From an uncultured bacterium (GTDB taxonomy: Bacteria > Babelota > Babeliae > Babelales > Vermiphilaceae), in the NCBI GenBank assembly GCA_963702025.1, contig OY969699.1, positions 256,001-320,000 on the forward strand: a stretch of 64,000 nucleotides of DNA. Direction: 5' to 3'. The notes below the pieces were generated by a model that worked only from the letters and a program-made list of their open reading frames with translations, ran no database searches and was not told where the DNA came from. A program made the position numbers and the translations under genes. Each line of letters begins with the position of its first letter. Position 1 is the stretch's first letter. This document shows positions 12,041-21,660 of this stretch, piece after piece.

Positions 12041-12067
12041 ACAAACTTTTAAAGAAGGCTATTATCC

Positions 12068-12772
12068 ATGAAGATCCGTTACATTTTCATTATCGCAGCG
12101 ATCACCTGGGCTTACTGCTTCTTTGCCATGGAACTGCCTGGCAAAAAGCAAAAAAGAGAACCAACGCAGGAAGTTTCTATTACTAATTATCTTCAAAAGC
12201 AGCCACAACTTATTAACCAAAGACGAAAAGGGAATAGGCTGGATCTTTCAAAACTGAATCTTACTAGCCTGGAAGGATTACATTTCTTACCCGATTATGC
12301 CGCCATTAAGCATCTTAATCTTACCGATAATGAGCTGACAACCATAAAAAACAATGCTCTTTATGGCATGAACAGTTTAGAAACATTGGATTTACTTAAC
12401 AATAAAATAAAAACGCTCGAGCCATTAGCATTTAATGGGTTAAAAAATCTTAAAAAAATCAACTTGAACGGTAACAACATTAAAAGAATTGATATTGCAT
12501 TCGCACGGCTGCCTGAACTTGAGGAATTGTATCTTGAACTTAATAAGATAGAGTATATAGCGCCCTATGCATTTCGCGATTTAAAAAACTTAAAGAAATT
12601 ATGGCTGGGGAATAATAACTTGCAAACAATCGATGCAAGAGCGCTGAAGGGTGCGCAAGAGCAATCCTTGCCGGCACTTGAAATACTTGATTTAGAAAAC
12701 AATCCACTCAGCCAAGAGGAACAGGATAAAATTGAGAATGTGGTTTCGCCAACTATCACTCTTATATTTTAA
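12068..12772 (+). CDS. Secreted leucine-rich-repeat protein (tandem paralog)
   Basis: Same LRR pattern; MELPGKKQKR. Confidence 0.95.
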   Translation: MKIRYIFIIAAITWAYCFFAMELPGKKQKREPTQEVSITNYLQKQPQLINQRRKGNRLDLSKLNLTSLEGLHFLPDYAAIKHLNLTDNELTTIKNNALYGMNSLETLDLLNNKIKTLEPLAFNGLKNLKKINLNGNNIKRIDIAFARLPELEELYLELNKIEYIAPYAFRDLKNLKKLWLGNNNLQTIDARALKGAQEQSLPALEILDLENNPLSQEEQDKIENVVSPTITLIF

Positions 12773-13602
12773 AGACACCGCAATGCAATCACCGTCATTT
12801 GCCTGCCCGCATTTTCACCCTGACGGCGATGAGAAAAAAAGCGATCATCACACATGGTGCAAAAATTATAACTAGTATCAATTGCAGAGGCTGGAATACC
12901 TAACTTTTGCAATTGCAGGCTATTAAGAAGCGGAACGTCTAAATACCATTTATTATCGCGCGAGAAAAGAGCTTTATTTACAAAATCTATATTTAGGGAT
13001 TTATTTGCATGGTTCGATCCAGCCTTCGCCAACAGGCTTCGGCGGACAGGTACGCTCACCACGAACGGACTGCCGGCACCGCCATCTTGTAAGCCAATGG
13101 TTGATCTAGCCACAGCGCAAAAATCCTGTTTCACTTCATAGCAACACGGCAGAGCGCTCGGGCCAAAAAAAAGCTGTAAATCTTGGGTATGAGAATTATA
13201 CATTTCCTGCATTTTCATAATCGCCGCAGGTGCCACACCTGCAATGCTGCCTCGCCAGCCTGCATGCACGATTGCTGCTACGTGATGTTGCATATCATAG
13301 ATTGCAATCGGCAAACAGTCGGCAGCCATCACACCAATGCCAAGATTTTTTTTGGTGGTAATTAAAAAATCGCCATCAATATCAAATGCAGGAATTTGAT
13401 CGTTAACAAGAAATCCCTGCGTGCTGTGGGTTTGATTAAGAAAGCAGATATTTTTAAGAGCAAGATTATGCACTATCGGCTTAAACCGTTCATGTAAAAG
13501 AAGCGGCGCAGATGCCGGAACACAATGCGCCGCTTTGTAAATTTGATCAGTTTGGTCACCAAAATAAATGGTGAACCGTTGATTGTTATAAATTATTCCC
13601 AT
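12769..13602 (-). CDS. pgeF: PgeF/YfiH-family protein carrying an in-frame repeat insertion
   Basis: QTHS, ADCLP, HAGWRG, GPS...CCYEV, CT...FFSHRR. Confidence 0.93.
   Translation of the reverse strand: MGIIYNNQRFTIYFGDQTDQIYKAAHCVPASAPLLLHERFKPIVHNLALKNICFLNQTHSTQGFLVNDQIPAFDIDGDFLITTKKNLGIGVMAADCLPIAIYDMQHHVAAIVHAGWRGSIAGVAPAAIMKMQEMYNSHTQDLQLFFGPSALPCCYEVKQDFCAVARSTIGLQDGGAGSPFVVSVPVRRSLLAKAGSNHANKSLNIDFVNKALFSRDNKWYLDVPLLNSLQLQKLGIPASAIDTSYNFCTMCDDRFFSHRRQGENAGRQMTVIALRCL
13008..13068 (-). repeat. Nested palindromic REP-like element inside pgeF
   Basis: Minus strand ccgttcgtggtgagcgta-cctgtccgccgaagcctgttggcgaaggctgg-atcgaaccatg; encodes PFVVSVPVRRSLLAKAGSNH. Confidence 0.85.
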
Positions 13603-14870
13603 ACCGCGAATGGGGCCGTTGGTGGCTGCGCATAATAGACCGGTTGATTTTGCGCAGGAGCTTCAACATACACGTGCACTTCCGTGGCTGGTGGCGGATT
13701 AATTGCATTGATTACCGTCTGCACACCAATTAATGCATTACGCTCTTTCTCCACTTGAATCTGATGCGCATGCAATTGATTTTGTTTTTGCAATTCCCAC
13801 ACTTGCTGTTGCATTGCGCATGCTTGTGCATGAGCAGCAGCCGCTTGCGCATGAGCAGCAGCCGCTTTACTTTTTTCCGCTTCGATGCGCTGCTTTTCTA
13901 ATTGCGCGCGCTCATAGTCGCGCAACTCTTGGCGATACGCATCTTCGGTGAGAATCATACGATAGATTGCGCGTAAGTTGGCGGCCAATTGACTTGCCGC
14001 ATTAAATCGGTTGGCATAGGCAAGAGTGAGCATTTCTAATGCGCGTTCTAATTGTCGGCAATCAGAGTCACATTTTTCAATATACCGCATATACGGATAT
14101 AAACTGCCGGTAGTGGCCGCGCCACTCATAATCGCAGAGCGGATCGCTTCGCGCACCATTGCGGGATTCTTTGCATAATTTGAGAGCGCGTGCATTTCAA
14201 CTTCATAGACATGCAGCAATCGGCTTTCCAGTTCAAAGGTGGTAAAATAAGCCTCATTTGTTTGTAAATATTCTGCCATAAAGCTTAGTTTTTCAAGAAG
14301 AAGACCAGCCTCGATAGAAAGATCTTCCATCTGCACCAAAACATGCATATATTCTTTGCGTTTGCTGCGCAAGCTTTGTAGCCTGCTATTTACTTCATCA
14401 CTTGTTGCACGCAATTGATTAATGGTATTTTGCGTCGGACGTAACAATGAACTTGCTGATTGCTTATGAATAAGTTCTAAATTATACAAAAATTGTTCAT
14501 CATTATGAAAAAGGATCTGTTTTCTTTCCGAATGATTTCCCGGGAACCCAAGCTGTTGCTCAAACATCTCTATGCAAGCATCATACCGTTGATGAACACC
14601 ATCAACGCACTTTGCCGCATCTTTAATTATTGCCTCATTTGATTTACTAAAGAGCCAATCGCAGAGTTTATACAGCCCGTATCCAATGCCACCAATAATG
14701 GCAATTCCAGCGACAGCCTTTCCGGCTTCTATGGCTACCGCATCATCTACAACGCCATATCGTGGCACATGTTTGCGAGAATAATAGGTGGGCTTCATAG
14801 AATGAAGGGGTTGCGCGATGAGAGAAAAGACGATTAAAATGGGAAGAGTTGTTTTTGAAACAAACACCAT
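13593..14870 (-). CDS. Secreted helical/coiled-coil hypothetical protein with one hydrophobic segment
   Basis: Long ORF with signal peptide LHS-MKP; Ala/Gln-rich C-terminal helix; start uncertain (14870 or 14906). Confidence 0.7.
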   Translation of the reverse strand: MVFVSKTTLPILIVFSLIAQPLHSMKPTYYSRKHVPRYGVVDDAVAIEAGKAVAGIAIIGGIGYGLYKLCDWLFSKSNEAIIKDAAKCVDGVHQRYDACIEMFEQQLGFPGNHSERKQILFHNDEQFLYNLELIHKQSASSLLRPTQNTINQLRATSDEVNSRLQSLRSKRKEYMHVLVQMEDLSIEAGLLLEKLSFMAEYLQTNEAYFTTFELESRLLHVYEVEMHALSNYAKNPAMVREAIRSAIMSGAATTGSLYPYMRYIEKCDSDCRQLERALEMLTLAYANRFNAASQLAANLRAIYRMILTEDAYRQELRDYERAQLEKQRIEAEKSKAAAAHAQAAAAHAQACAMQQQVWELQKQNQLHAHQIQVEKERNALIGVQTVINAINPPPATEVHVYVEAPAQNQPVYYAQPPTAPFAVWE

Positions 14871-14964
14871 AAGAAAACCTCGTAGTAATAAGATGTTTAG
14901 AATCATTTAAGAAGATATGTTGATGGTACACTAAATATAGTAAAAAGTAAAAGAGCCTACGAAT

Positions 14965-15486
14965 ATGAAGCAATTTATTCTAATAGCCAATATAATCTGC
15001 ATAACCGCCTCCGCACAACCGGAAATCGCCTTCTTTGAGTATTCACATGATTTTGAAACAGTAACAAAGCTTTGCCAACAAGAATGGCACAATCTTTTTA
15101 CCATACCTTTTAATCCTTCGATGCTTCATAGAATGTTTGTTCTGCGTAAATCCGGAGATGTTACACAGAGTGATAAGCAACTATTGATTAATGTGCTCAA
15201 GGATAACAATCAGGTAATTGGATTTGTCACCTATTTTATGAAGAATCCAAAAACGGTTCATGTGGAACTATTGGCAATAGCTAAAGCCCATCAAGGCAAA
15301 GGGTATGGCACCCAACTCATCAATCATGTTGTTCAGCAGGGGATTAAGAAAGGCGCACACAATTTACAGCTCTTTGTCTTAAACCACAATAAACGCGGCT
15401 TTGATTTTTATTATCGCCGAGGCTTTGGCACTCTTCAAACATACCCCGGATATGTGCTCTTGAGCAAAAAACTTACCGCTCATTGA
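14965..15486 (+). CDS. GNAT-family N-acetyltransferase with signal peptide
   Basis: LAIAKAHQGKGYGTQL motif A; NKRGFDFYYRRGF motif B. Confidence 0.9.
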   Translation: MKQFILIANIICITASAQPEIAFFEYSHDFETVTKLCQQEWHNLFTIPFNPSMLHRMFVLRKSGDVTQSDKQLLINVLKDNNQVIGFVTYFMKNPKTVHVELLAIAKAHQGKGYGTQLINHVVQQGIKKGAHNLQLFVLNHNKRGFDFYYRRGFGTLQTYPGYVLLSKKLTAH

Positions 15487-16018
15487 AGACTACAATATCC
15501 GCCGTTTGCTTTTTGTGGCAGATCCCAGATACACACGGCGGTGACCCCGTTGGTGCACACTTTTTGACGCAGATCCCACAACTTTAATGTTTTATCATCA
15601 GATCCGGATGCAAGTTGATTCGGATCGACCGAATTAAAGTTCACCGCATAAACATCTTGAGTGTGTCCTTGAAGGCTCGCTATTTGTTCCCCGGTTTTCG
15701 GAGCCAACACCGCAACTTTTTTACCGTCAGGAAATGTTAATTGCTGATTGTTATTTTTGGAAAGTGAACTATTCCAAAATGGGGAAATCCGGCACTTTTA
15801 AAACTTGCAACACATTTATAGGGGCTCTTTGCTTCATACATTTGAATTTCGCTGGCAGAAAAATTGGCAGCAATAATACTTTTTTCATCATCAGAGTATA
15901 AAAGGGTGGATATACTTCCTTGCACATTCGGGCCCTGATAAGGAATCGGTTTTTCCATTGCAATACTTTGTGACAACAGATAAGAAATTCCTACAAAAAG
16001 ATACCATCTATTTTTCAT
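15480..16018 (-). pseudogene. Frameshifted, internally deleted WD40 paralog of 16055-17068
   Basis: N-terminus MEKPIPYQGP matches MEKIIPFKGP; frameshift at the G run near 15781-15785; LQGHT...DPNQLASGSDDKTLKLWD then jumps to VCIWDL...CSLQ*. Confidence 0.8.
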
Positions 16019-16054
16019 ACTAAGACTCCTTGCTATCATTTTAAAATCCAACAA

Positions 16055-17068
16055 TCACTGTATGATACACCAACCCTTACTTGTTGAAAGATCCCAAACA
16101 CAAACACTTGATCCATTTACCTCAGTACTTGAACCGGTTAATAAACAAGCACCATCATTGCTAAATTCTCCAGACAAAAGATACTTTGCAGGAATATAAA
16201 AAGTTTTTGTTTCATCTTCGAGCGATGCAATGGTGGTTTGCGGCCCACTGGTGCCAATCATGAGCTGTGATCCATCGGGGCTATATGCCAAGGCCATGGT
16301 ATCGGGAAGGCCTTTTGGTTTAACGGCATCTTCCCCATCGCCAATAGCTTTGCCGCGACTGGTAATTTTTTTAATAACATTACCGGTTACCGGATCACAA
16401 ATTAGAATACGTGCATCTTGCCCCAATGCAATCTGGGAACCATTTTTGTTATACGCTAAATACTCGGCCACCGGAAGAACTGCAAGCTCTTTAAGCTGAG
16501 CAACATCAAAAATCTTGCTGACTTGCGCACGATTTCCAAAGGCAATTTTTGTGCCATCCGGACTGAACTGAACCGGCGCAACCATATCCGGCGTCGTTAT
16601 ACTCCTAACTCCTTTTTGTTCACGAACATCCCAAAAGCATAACGTTTTATCATCCGAACCGGATGCCAATTGATTAGGATCTTTGGGGTTAAAACTAACC
16701 CCATCAACAGCAGCGGCATGGCCTTGCAACACCACTATTTGCTTGAGCGTCTCCAAATCCCATACAATTACATTATTATTTGATGCACTCGCTAATTGCT
16801 TTGCGCTGTTTTGAGTTAACCCGTTGTTCCAATAAAAGGGAAATGCTCCTCCGTTTTGCCCTTGCGCAACAGATTGAAATGGACTGGTTGCTTGATAAAT
16901 TTGAACTTCTTTGGTCGTAAGATTGGCAACAATAATCTTTGTTCCATCATCCGAATAAAGAACGGTTGGTATGCAACCATTCACACTCGGTCCTTTAAAG
17001 GGAATTATTTTTTCCATCGCAACTGCTACAAAAGTAAAACACAACAGAGAGAAAAATAGATAACGCAT
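16055..17068 (-). CDS. Secreted WD40-repeat protein with C-terminal CaaX-like motif
   Basis: LQGH...LASGSDDKTLCFWD, FSPDG and YSPDG; ends CIIQ*. Confidence 0.92.
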   Translation of the reverse strand: MRYLFFSLLCFTFVAVAMEKIIPFKGPSVNGCIPTVLYSDDGTKIIVANLTTKEVQIYQATSPFQSVAQGQNGGAFPFYWNNGLTQNSAKQLASASNNNVIVWDLETLKQIVVLQGHAAAVDGVSFNPKDPNQLASGSDDKTLCFWDVREQKGVRSITTPDMVAPVQFSPDGTKIAFGNRAQVSKIFDVAQLKELAVLPVAEYLAYNKNGSQIALGQDARILICDPVTGNVIKKITSRGKAIGDGEDAVKPKGLPDTMALAYSPDGSQLMIGTSGPQTTIASLEDETKTFYIPAKYLLSGEFSNDGACLLTGSSTEVNGSSVCVWDLSTSKGWCIIQ

Positions 17069-17124
17069 ACTTATTCCTCAAAATAGACATTGAATTGCGG
17101 TCACTCTACTATGAATACTTATAG

Positions 17125-17499
17125 ATGGTCAAGATGGATATTATAAAAAACATAAGTTCTGGGAATCATGAAAAAAACAAAAAAAAGCTTAGAAACTATT
17201 ATGATGAATGGCTCATAGAAAGCCTACAAGATCCGAAAGAAGCACACTTGTATTTAAAAGCTGCTTTTGAAGAATATGAAAAAGATCGAGATTTGGATAT
17301 ATTAATACATTCTATTTGGGCATATGCAAAAGCTCAGGGCGTTTCTGATTTAGCAAAAAAATCAAAAATAAACAGGCAAAATCTTTATAGAATTTTTTCG
17401 GGCGAAAGAAATCCTCGATTTAAAACCCTGGAATCTATTATTAGAGGTGTGGGATTTGAACTTTCCTTCCAACCGTATACACACTCATCGAGAAAATAG
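17125..17499 (+). CDS. Addiction-module antidote (HTH antitoxin), no adjacent toxin
   Basis: LIESLQDP...AKAQGVSDLAKKSKINRQNLYRIFSGERNPRFKTL; start uncertain. Confidence 0.88.
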   Translation: MVKMDIIKNISSGNHEKNKKKLRNYYDEWLIESLQDPKEAHLYLKAAFEEYEKDRDLDILIHSIWAYAKAQGVSDLAKKSKINRQNLYRIFSGERNPRFKTLESIIRGVGFELSFQPYTHSSRK

Positions 17500-17534
17500 A
17501 GCGTGTTCCGGCAAATGTTTATTGATCAGTGGGC

Positions 17535-17556
17535 AGGGGGCAATTTCTTGCCCCCT
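17535..17556. terminator. Hairpin between convergent antidote gene and ftsZ
   Basis: agggggcaa-tttc-ttgccccct. Confidence 0.7.
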
Positions 17557-17562
17557 TATTAG

Positions 17563-18768
17563 TTAGCTATTTTCTAATTCAGATTTTTCTGATTTTCTCA
17601 TAAAAGCAGGAACATCTAAGCTTTCATCACCGAGTAATAATTCTCGTGGGCGTGCTGCTTCGGGAGATTTTTTAAGATGGGATAACACTGAAGCAATCGG
17701 CTTCTTTTCCTCTAGGTGCTCCGGTTTTTTTTCCTGCGGAATTTCGCAAACCGCACCGATATCAAGCACCGTTGCTTTTACCTTAATTTCTTCCTTTTCT
17801 TGTGCGCTTTCAAAACCGGTTGCAATGATGGTCACCTGCACTTGATCGCCCAAACTTTCATCAATAACCGAACCCAAAATAATTTGCGCATCCGGGTCAG
17901 CCTGTTCATAAATAACCGATGCCGCTTGGCTTATTTCATGCAAGCTTAAATTTTTGCTGCCGGTAATATTAAGTAAAACGCTTTGCGATCCTTTCATGTT
18001 CATATTTTCAAGCAATGGTGAAGAAATAGCGGATAATGTTGCCTCCAGGGCACGGTCAGGACCGGTTGCCTGCGCCGTTCCCATAATGGCAAGCCCGCGA
18101 TCTTTCATAATCGTGCGCACATCAGCAAAATCCACATTGATGTGGCCCGGCTTGGTTATAATATCAGATATACTTTTAACTGATTGACCAAGCACCGCAT
18201 TAATCATGCCAAAGGCATCGATCATTGAAGTTGTAGCGTCAACAACACTGAGTAATTTTTGGTTGGGGATCACAATCAATGTGTCGACGATTTTTTTAAG
18301 TTCGCTGATCACACTTTCTGCGATTGCCATGCGTTTTTTGCCTTCAAAATCGAAAGGTTTGGTAACCACCGCGATAGTGAGAATGCCCCGTTCTTTGAGT
18401 GCGCGCGCAATAACCGGCAACGCCCCTGAACCGGTGCCGCCACCCATGCCGGCGGTGAGAAACACTATATCCGCATCTTCCAAATATTCCATAATCTCGT
18501 TGAGTGTTTCTTCAGCCGCGCGCTTGCCTGCTTCTGGATTTGCACCGGCGCCCAATCCTTTTGCCGATCGAGCACCAAGTCTTATTTTTATTGATGCCTT
18601 GGAGTTTTCAAGTGCTTGAGAATCGGTATTTACTACCACATATTCAATTCCTTGATAACCGGATTCGATGATACTATTTACGGTGTTGCCACCTGCACCC
18701 CCAATACCTATTACTGTTATTTTTGCTGTATTTTCTCGTGCTAATTCTGCACTGTCAAATTCAATCAT
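17563..18768 (-). CDS. ftsZ: Cell division protein FtsZ
   Basis: GGAGGN, GMGGGTGSG, INVDFADV and C-terminal LDVPAFMRK. Confidence 0.99.
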   Translation of the reverse strand: MIEFDSAELARENTAKITVIGIGGAGGNTVNSIIESGYQGIEYVVVNTDSQALENSKASIKIRLGARSAKGLGAGANPEAGKRAAEETLNEIMEYLEDADIVFLTAGMGGGTGSGALPVIARALKERGILTIAVVTKPFDFEGKKRMAIAESVISELKKIVDTLIVIPNQKLLSVVDATTSMIDAFGMINAVLGQSVKSISDIITKPGHINVDFADVRTIMKDRGLAIMGTAQATGPDRALEATLSAISSPLLENMNMKGSQSVLLNITGSKNLSLHEISQAASVIYEQADPDAQIILGSVIDESLGDQVQVTIIATGFESAQEKEEIKVKATVLDIGAVCEIPQEKKPEHLEEKKPIASVLSHLKKSPEAARPRELLLGDESLDVPAFMRKSEKSELENS

Positions 18769-18789
18769 TTTCCTGCTCCCTAAAAGAAA

Positions 18790-20022
18790 TTAAAAGAAAT
18801 CCATAACCCACGATTTCATCCGTGTAAAAATGCGTGCCACTGCTGGACCGTCTAAGGTATCAAGCGCAAAGTTTTGTTGTTTAATTACTTGCTTTAATAA
18901 TCCATATCCGGTTGCATAAATGGGGCTTTGTAGTGATTCGGGCAAATCATTGCCAATACGAACCATGCCCAGGCGGACCGGCATACCAAAAATTTCTTGG
19001 GCCAACTCTTTCATACCCGGTAAAAGTGCGCCACCACCGGTTAATACTAACCCGGAAGGCATCATGCTCTGTAATTTGTGGTGCACTATTTCTTGGAAAA
19101 TTAAGGAAAGCAATTCCTGCGCCCGCGGCTCGAGAATGCACATAAGATCAGAAATAGAAACTATCTGCGTTTGATCACCTTCCACCGTCTCAATTTCAAG
19201 GGCAAGATCATGCTCCAATAATGCCCCATGCGCCAACCCATATTCGCGTTTGATACGTTCAGCATCTTTTATAGTAGTATGAAGTCCAACGGCAAGATCA
19301 TTGGTAAAATGGTTCCCCGCAACGGGTAAAACATACGTATGTCTGATATTGCCATTTTGATAGATAGCCAAATCAGAGGTGCCGCCACCAATATCCAACA
19401 TTGCAACACCAAGCTCACGTTCATCATCAGAGAGTACTGCATCGGCAGAAGCAAGCTGCTCTAAAATGATATCCGTTACCTTAACGCTCGCCATCTCACA
19501 ACATTTAACTAGATTTTGTACCGATGCTATGGCCCCCATAATAATATGCGCCTGCACTTCTAATCGAATACCATGCATGCCAAGAGGATTTTGAATCTTT
19601 TCATGCGAATCTATGATAAAAAATTGGGGAAGCACATGCAATATTTGCATCCCTTCAGGCACTGCAAAAGCGCGAGCCGCATTGAGGACATGACTAATAT
19701 CCGACTGTTTTACCTCCCCCTGTTTAATCGCCACCATGCCATGGGAATTGGTTGACTGAATATGGCCACCGGATATGCCAATTGCCGCTGAATTAATAGT
19801 CATATTCGACATTAATTCAGCCTCTTTGACCGCCGCTTTAATGGAAGCAATAGTTTTTTGTACATCAACTACCACTCCTTTGCGCAGACCATCCGAAGGG
19901 GCTTTTCCGACTCCCACAATTTCAATATGATCTTTATCAAGTACATGGGCAACCAACACACAAATTTTGGTGGTTCCCACATCAATAGAAACAACAACCC
20001 GGTCCGCAAAAACCTTAGCCAT
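18790..20022 (-). CDS. ftsA: Cell division protein FtsA
   Basis: IDVGTTKI, LDIGGGTSD and LTGGGA; start MAKVFAD after a G-rich RBS. Confidence 0.98.
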   Translation of the reverse strand: MAKVFADRVVVSIDVGTTKICVLVAHVLDKDHIEIVGVGKAPSDGLRKGVVVDVQKTIASIKAAVKEAELMSNMTINSAAIGISGGHIQSTNSHGMVAIKQGEVKQSDISHVLNAARAFAVPEGMQILHVLPQFFIIDSHEKIQNPLGMHGIRLEVQAHIIMGAIASVQNLVKCCEMASVKVTDIILEQLASADAVLSDDERELGVAMLDIGGGTSDLAIYQNGNIRHTYVLPVAGNHFTNDLAVGLHTTIKDAERIKREYGLAHGALLEHDLALEIETVEGDQTQIVSISDLMCILEPRAQELLSLIFQEIVHHKLQSMMPSGLVLTGGGALLPGMKELAQEIFGMPVRLGMVRIGNDLPESLQSPIYATGYGLLKQVIKQQNFALDTLDGPAVARIFTRMKSWVMDFF

Positions 20023-20743
20023 TACGTGCCCCCCCTTTTTGCGAGCAAAGAACAATTTGTTTTTCAAAACGTATGTCTGCGACACAGCACAGTGCGCGGG
20101 CCGTCCCTTGCCCACCCATCTGCTTTTCACTAATAATGCACTCGCATACGCGCCTCATTTCATCATTAAAATCTTTGACCACACTCGTAAGTATTATGCA
20201 ATTAGGATCATTATTATTGGTTAGATAAATGCTATAGTCATCACCCAATGCAATGTGATAGTGTTTAAAAACGTCAGGATTGAGTGATAACAGCCAGTTG
20301 GCAAGTTCAGGCGAAATGGTATCGCAAGCACCCTCTTTTTGTGCGCGAACACACGGAATATGCGCAATAACTTCACGGGTATAACAGCCGGCATCCACCA
20401 CCGCACCGGATGGTAACAATGCTAATTTGTTTTCAAAAGAAACAACCGGTTGCGCCGCTTTGCAAGAAAAATATTGCACATTATTAGCAAGCCGTTCAAT
20501 TGCTATAGTTTCAAGCGCCGGGCAAATTGTAAATACCGTCTGCGCAATCGATGAAAATGAACCATCAGTTTCAGTGAGCGCCCGTTCAATGTTTGTCCGC
20601 ATGGCATTTGATAGATGCGGATCCAGAAAAAAATGGTATTCTTGTACAGAAAAAAGTTTCTTTTCCAATTGATAGGCAAGTCCAACAATGACAGCAAGCG
20701 CAAAAAATACCGTTAGTCTTTTTTTGGTAACCACTTTTTTCAT
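20015..20743 (-). CDS. Divergent FtsQ/DivIB-like protein
   Basis: Basic N-terminus, single TM helix, C-terminal ADIRFEKQIV, position upstream of ftsA. Confidence 0.65.
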   Translation of the reverse strand: MKKVVTKKRLTVFFALAVIVGLAYQLEKKLFSVQEYHFFLDPHLSNAMRTNIERALTETDGSFSSIAQTVFTICPALETIAIERLANNVQYFSCKAAQPVVSFENKLALLPSGAVVDAGCYTREVIAHIPCVRAQKEGACDTISPELANWLLSLNPDVFKHYHIALGDDYSIYLTNNNDPNCIILTSVVKDFNDEMRRVCECIISEKQMGGQGTARALCCVADIRFEKQIVLCSQKGGARNG

Positions 20744-20855
20744 CCCTATTCCCCTGTGATTACCATTATTTCTAACTTTTTCTTGACAGACTAGTCAACA
20801 ATTTGTGTATTTTGTATCTACTTTATTGGTTTTCTTGCGAAGTAGAAGTAAAAAA

Positions 20856-21281
20856 ATGACTCGAACAAAAATATTCTTTTTGATTTTGTTATTTTTTATT
20901 CAGCAATTTTTTATAGTTAGCGCAGATAATGAAAAACAAAAAATAGCTAAGCTTTTAAAGCACTTGCAAGCGAAACATTACGTTGAAAAAAATACCGCAT
21001 ACCATGCACTGGCAAAAGGATTCTTGGGGACCGCCGGGTTAATGACGGTAACAAAAGTAGCCCAAAATCTTTTGTGCCAATTCCCACCGTCGCCGCTTAA
21101 AAACTATGTGGCCAAGCACTGTCGCCGCCAGGTGGTTTGGGGAATTATTGGTTCATTTTTTTTGGGATTAAGTTATTATTCTTTAAGCAATTATTATAAG
21201 GGCTTAAAACATTTGTTAAGACCCGATAACCCAAACTCACTAGAAGTGGTCCAACAATGGTTACAAAAAGAAACAGACTAA
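20856..21281 (+). CDS. Hypothetical membrane/secreted protein
   Basis: Signal peptide plus two hydrophobic segments. Confidence 0.6.
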   Translation: MTRTKIFFLILLFFIQQFFIVSADNEKQKIAKLLKHLQAKHYVEKNTAYHALAKGFLGTAGLMTVTKVAQNLLCQFPPSPLKNYVAKHCRRQVVWGIIGSFFLGLSYYSLSNYYKGLKHLLRPDNPNSLEVVQQWLQKETD

Positions 21282-21658
21282 AATATGCGCTCTTGTTTTT
21301 ACTAATTAATGGTTCATTGGCATCAGCACAGATGCCGGATCCAGCATCTGAAAAAATAAACTATGAAATAGCGCTTGAACAGCACAAAAAATCCCGTGAA
21401 GAAAATTTAGCACAGGCAAAAACCGCATTTAGGCGCACCGCGATATATGCTGGGGCTGTGGCAACAGCCTGGATTGTGGGTGATTTCTGCGTTTTCCCAT
21501 ACACTCATAAAATGCGCAAAAAAATACGATTCTTAAAGGCATCGCCACATGAAATACTGTTTACAACGTCTCTTACCGGAGGAGCAGTTCTTACTATTTT
21601 GGCGCTCAAGAATGCTGCAAAAGGCGCTATAGAATTGGTCAAATATCATCTTGGTTAG
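21257..21658 (+). CDS. Hypothetical membrane/secreted protein
   Basis: Signal peptide plus two hydrophobic segments; overlaps previous gene. Confidence 0.6.
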   Translation: MVTKRNRLKYALLFLLINGSLASAQMPDPASEKINYEIALEQHKKSREENLAQAKTAFRRTAIYAGAVATAWIVGDFCVFPYTHKMRKKIRFLKASPHEILFTTSLTGGAVLTILALKNAAKGAIELVKYHLG

Positions 21659-21660
21659 CT

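Noticed and set aside
13829..13868. 21-bp tandem repeat
   Set aside because: Simple coding duplication (AAAAHAQ twice) in a low-complexity helix
20023..20130. Long ftsA N-terminal extension overlapping the ftsQ-like gene
   Set aside because: Better start with RBS at 20022; similar over-extended starts rejected at 572, 2023, 33448 and 40114
20783..20798. TTGAC-N6-GTCAA palindrome as an operator
   Set aside because: Adequately explained by back-to-back -35 boxes of divergent promoters; single occurrence
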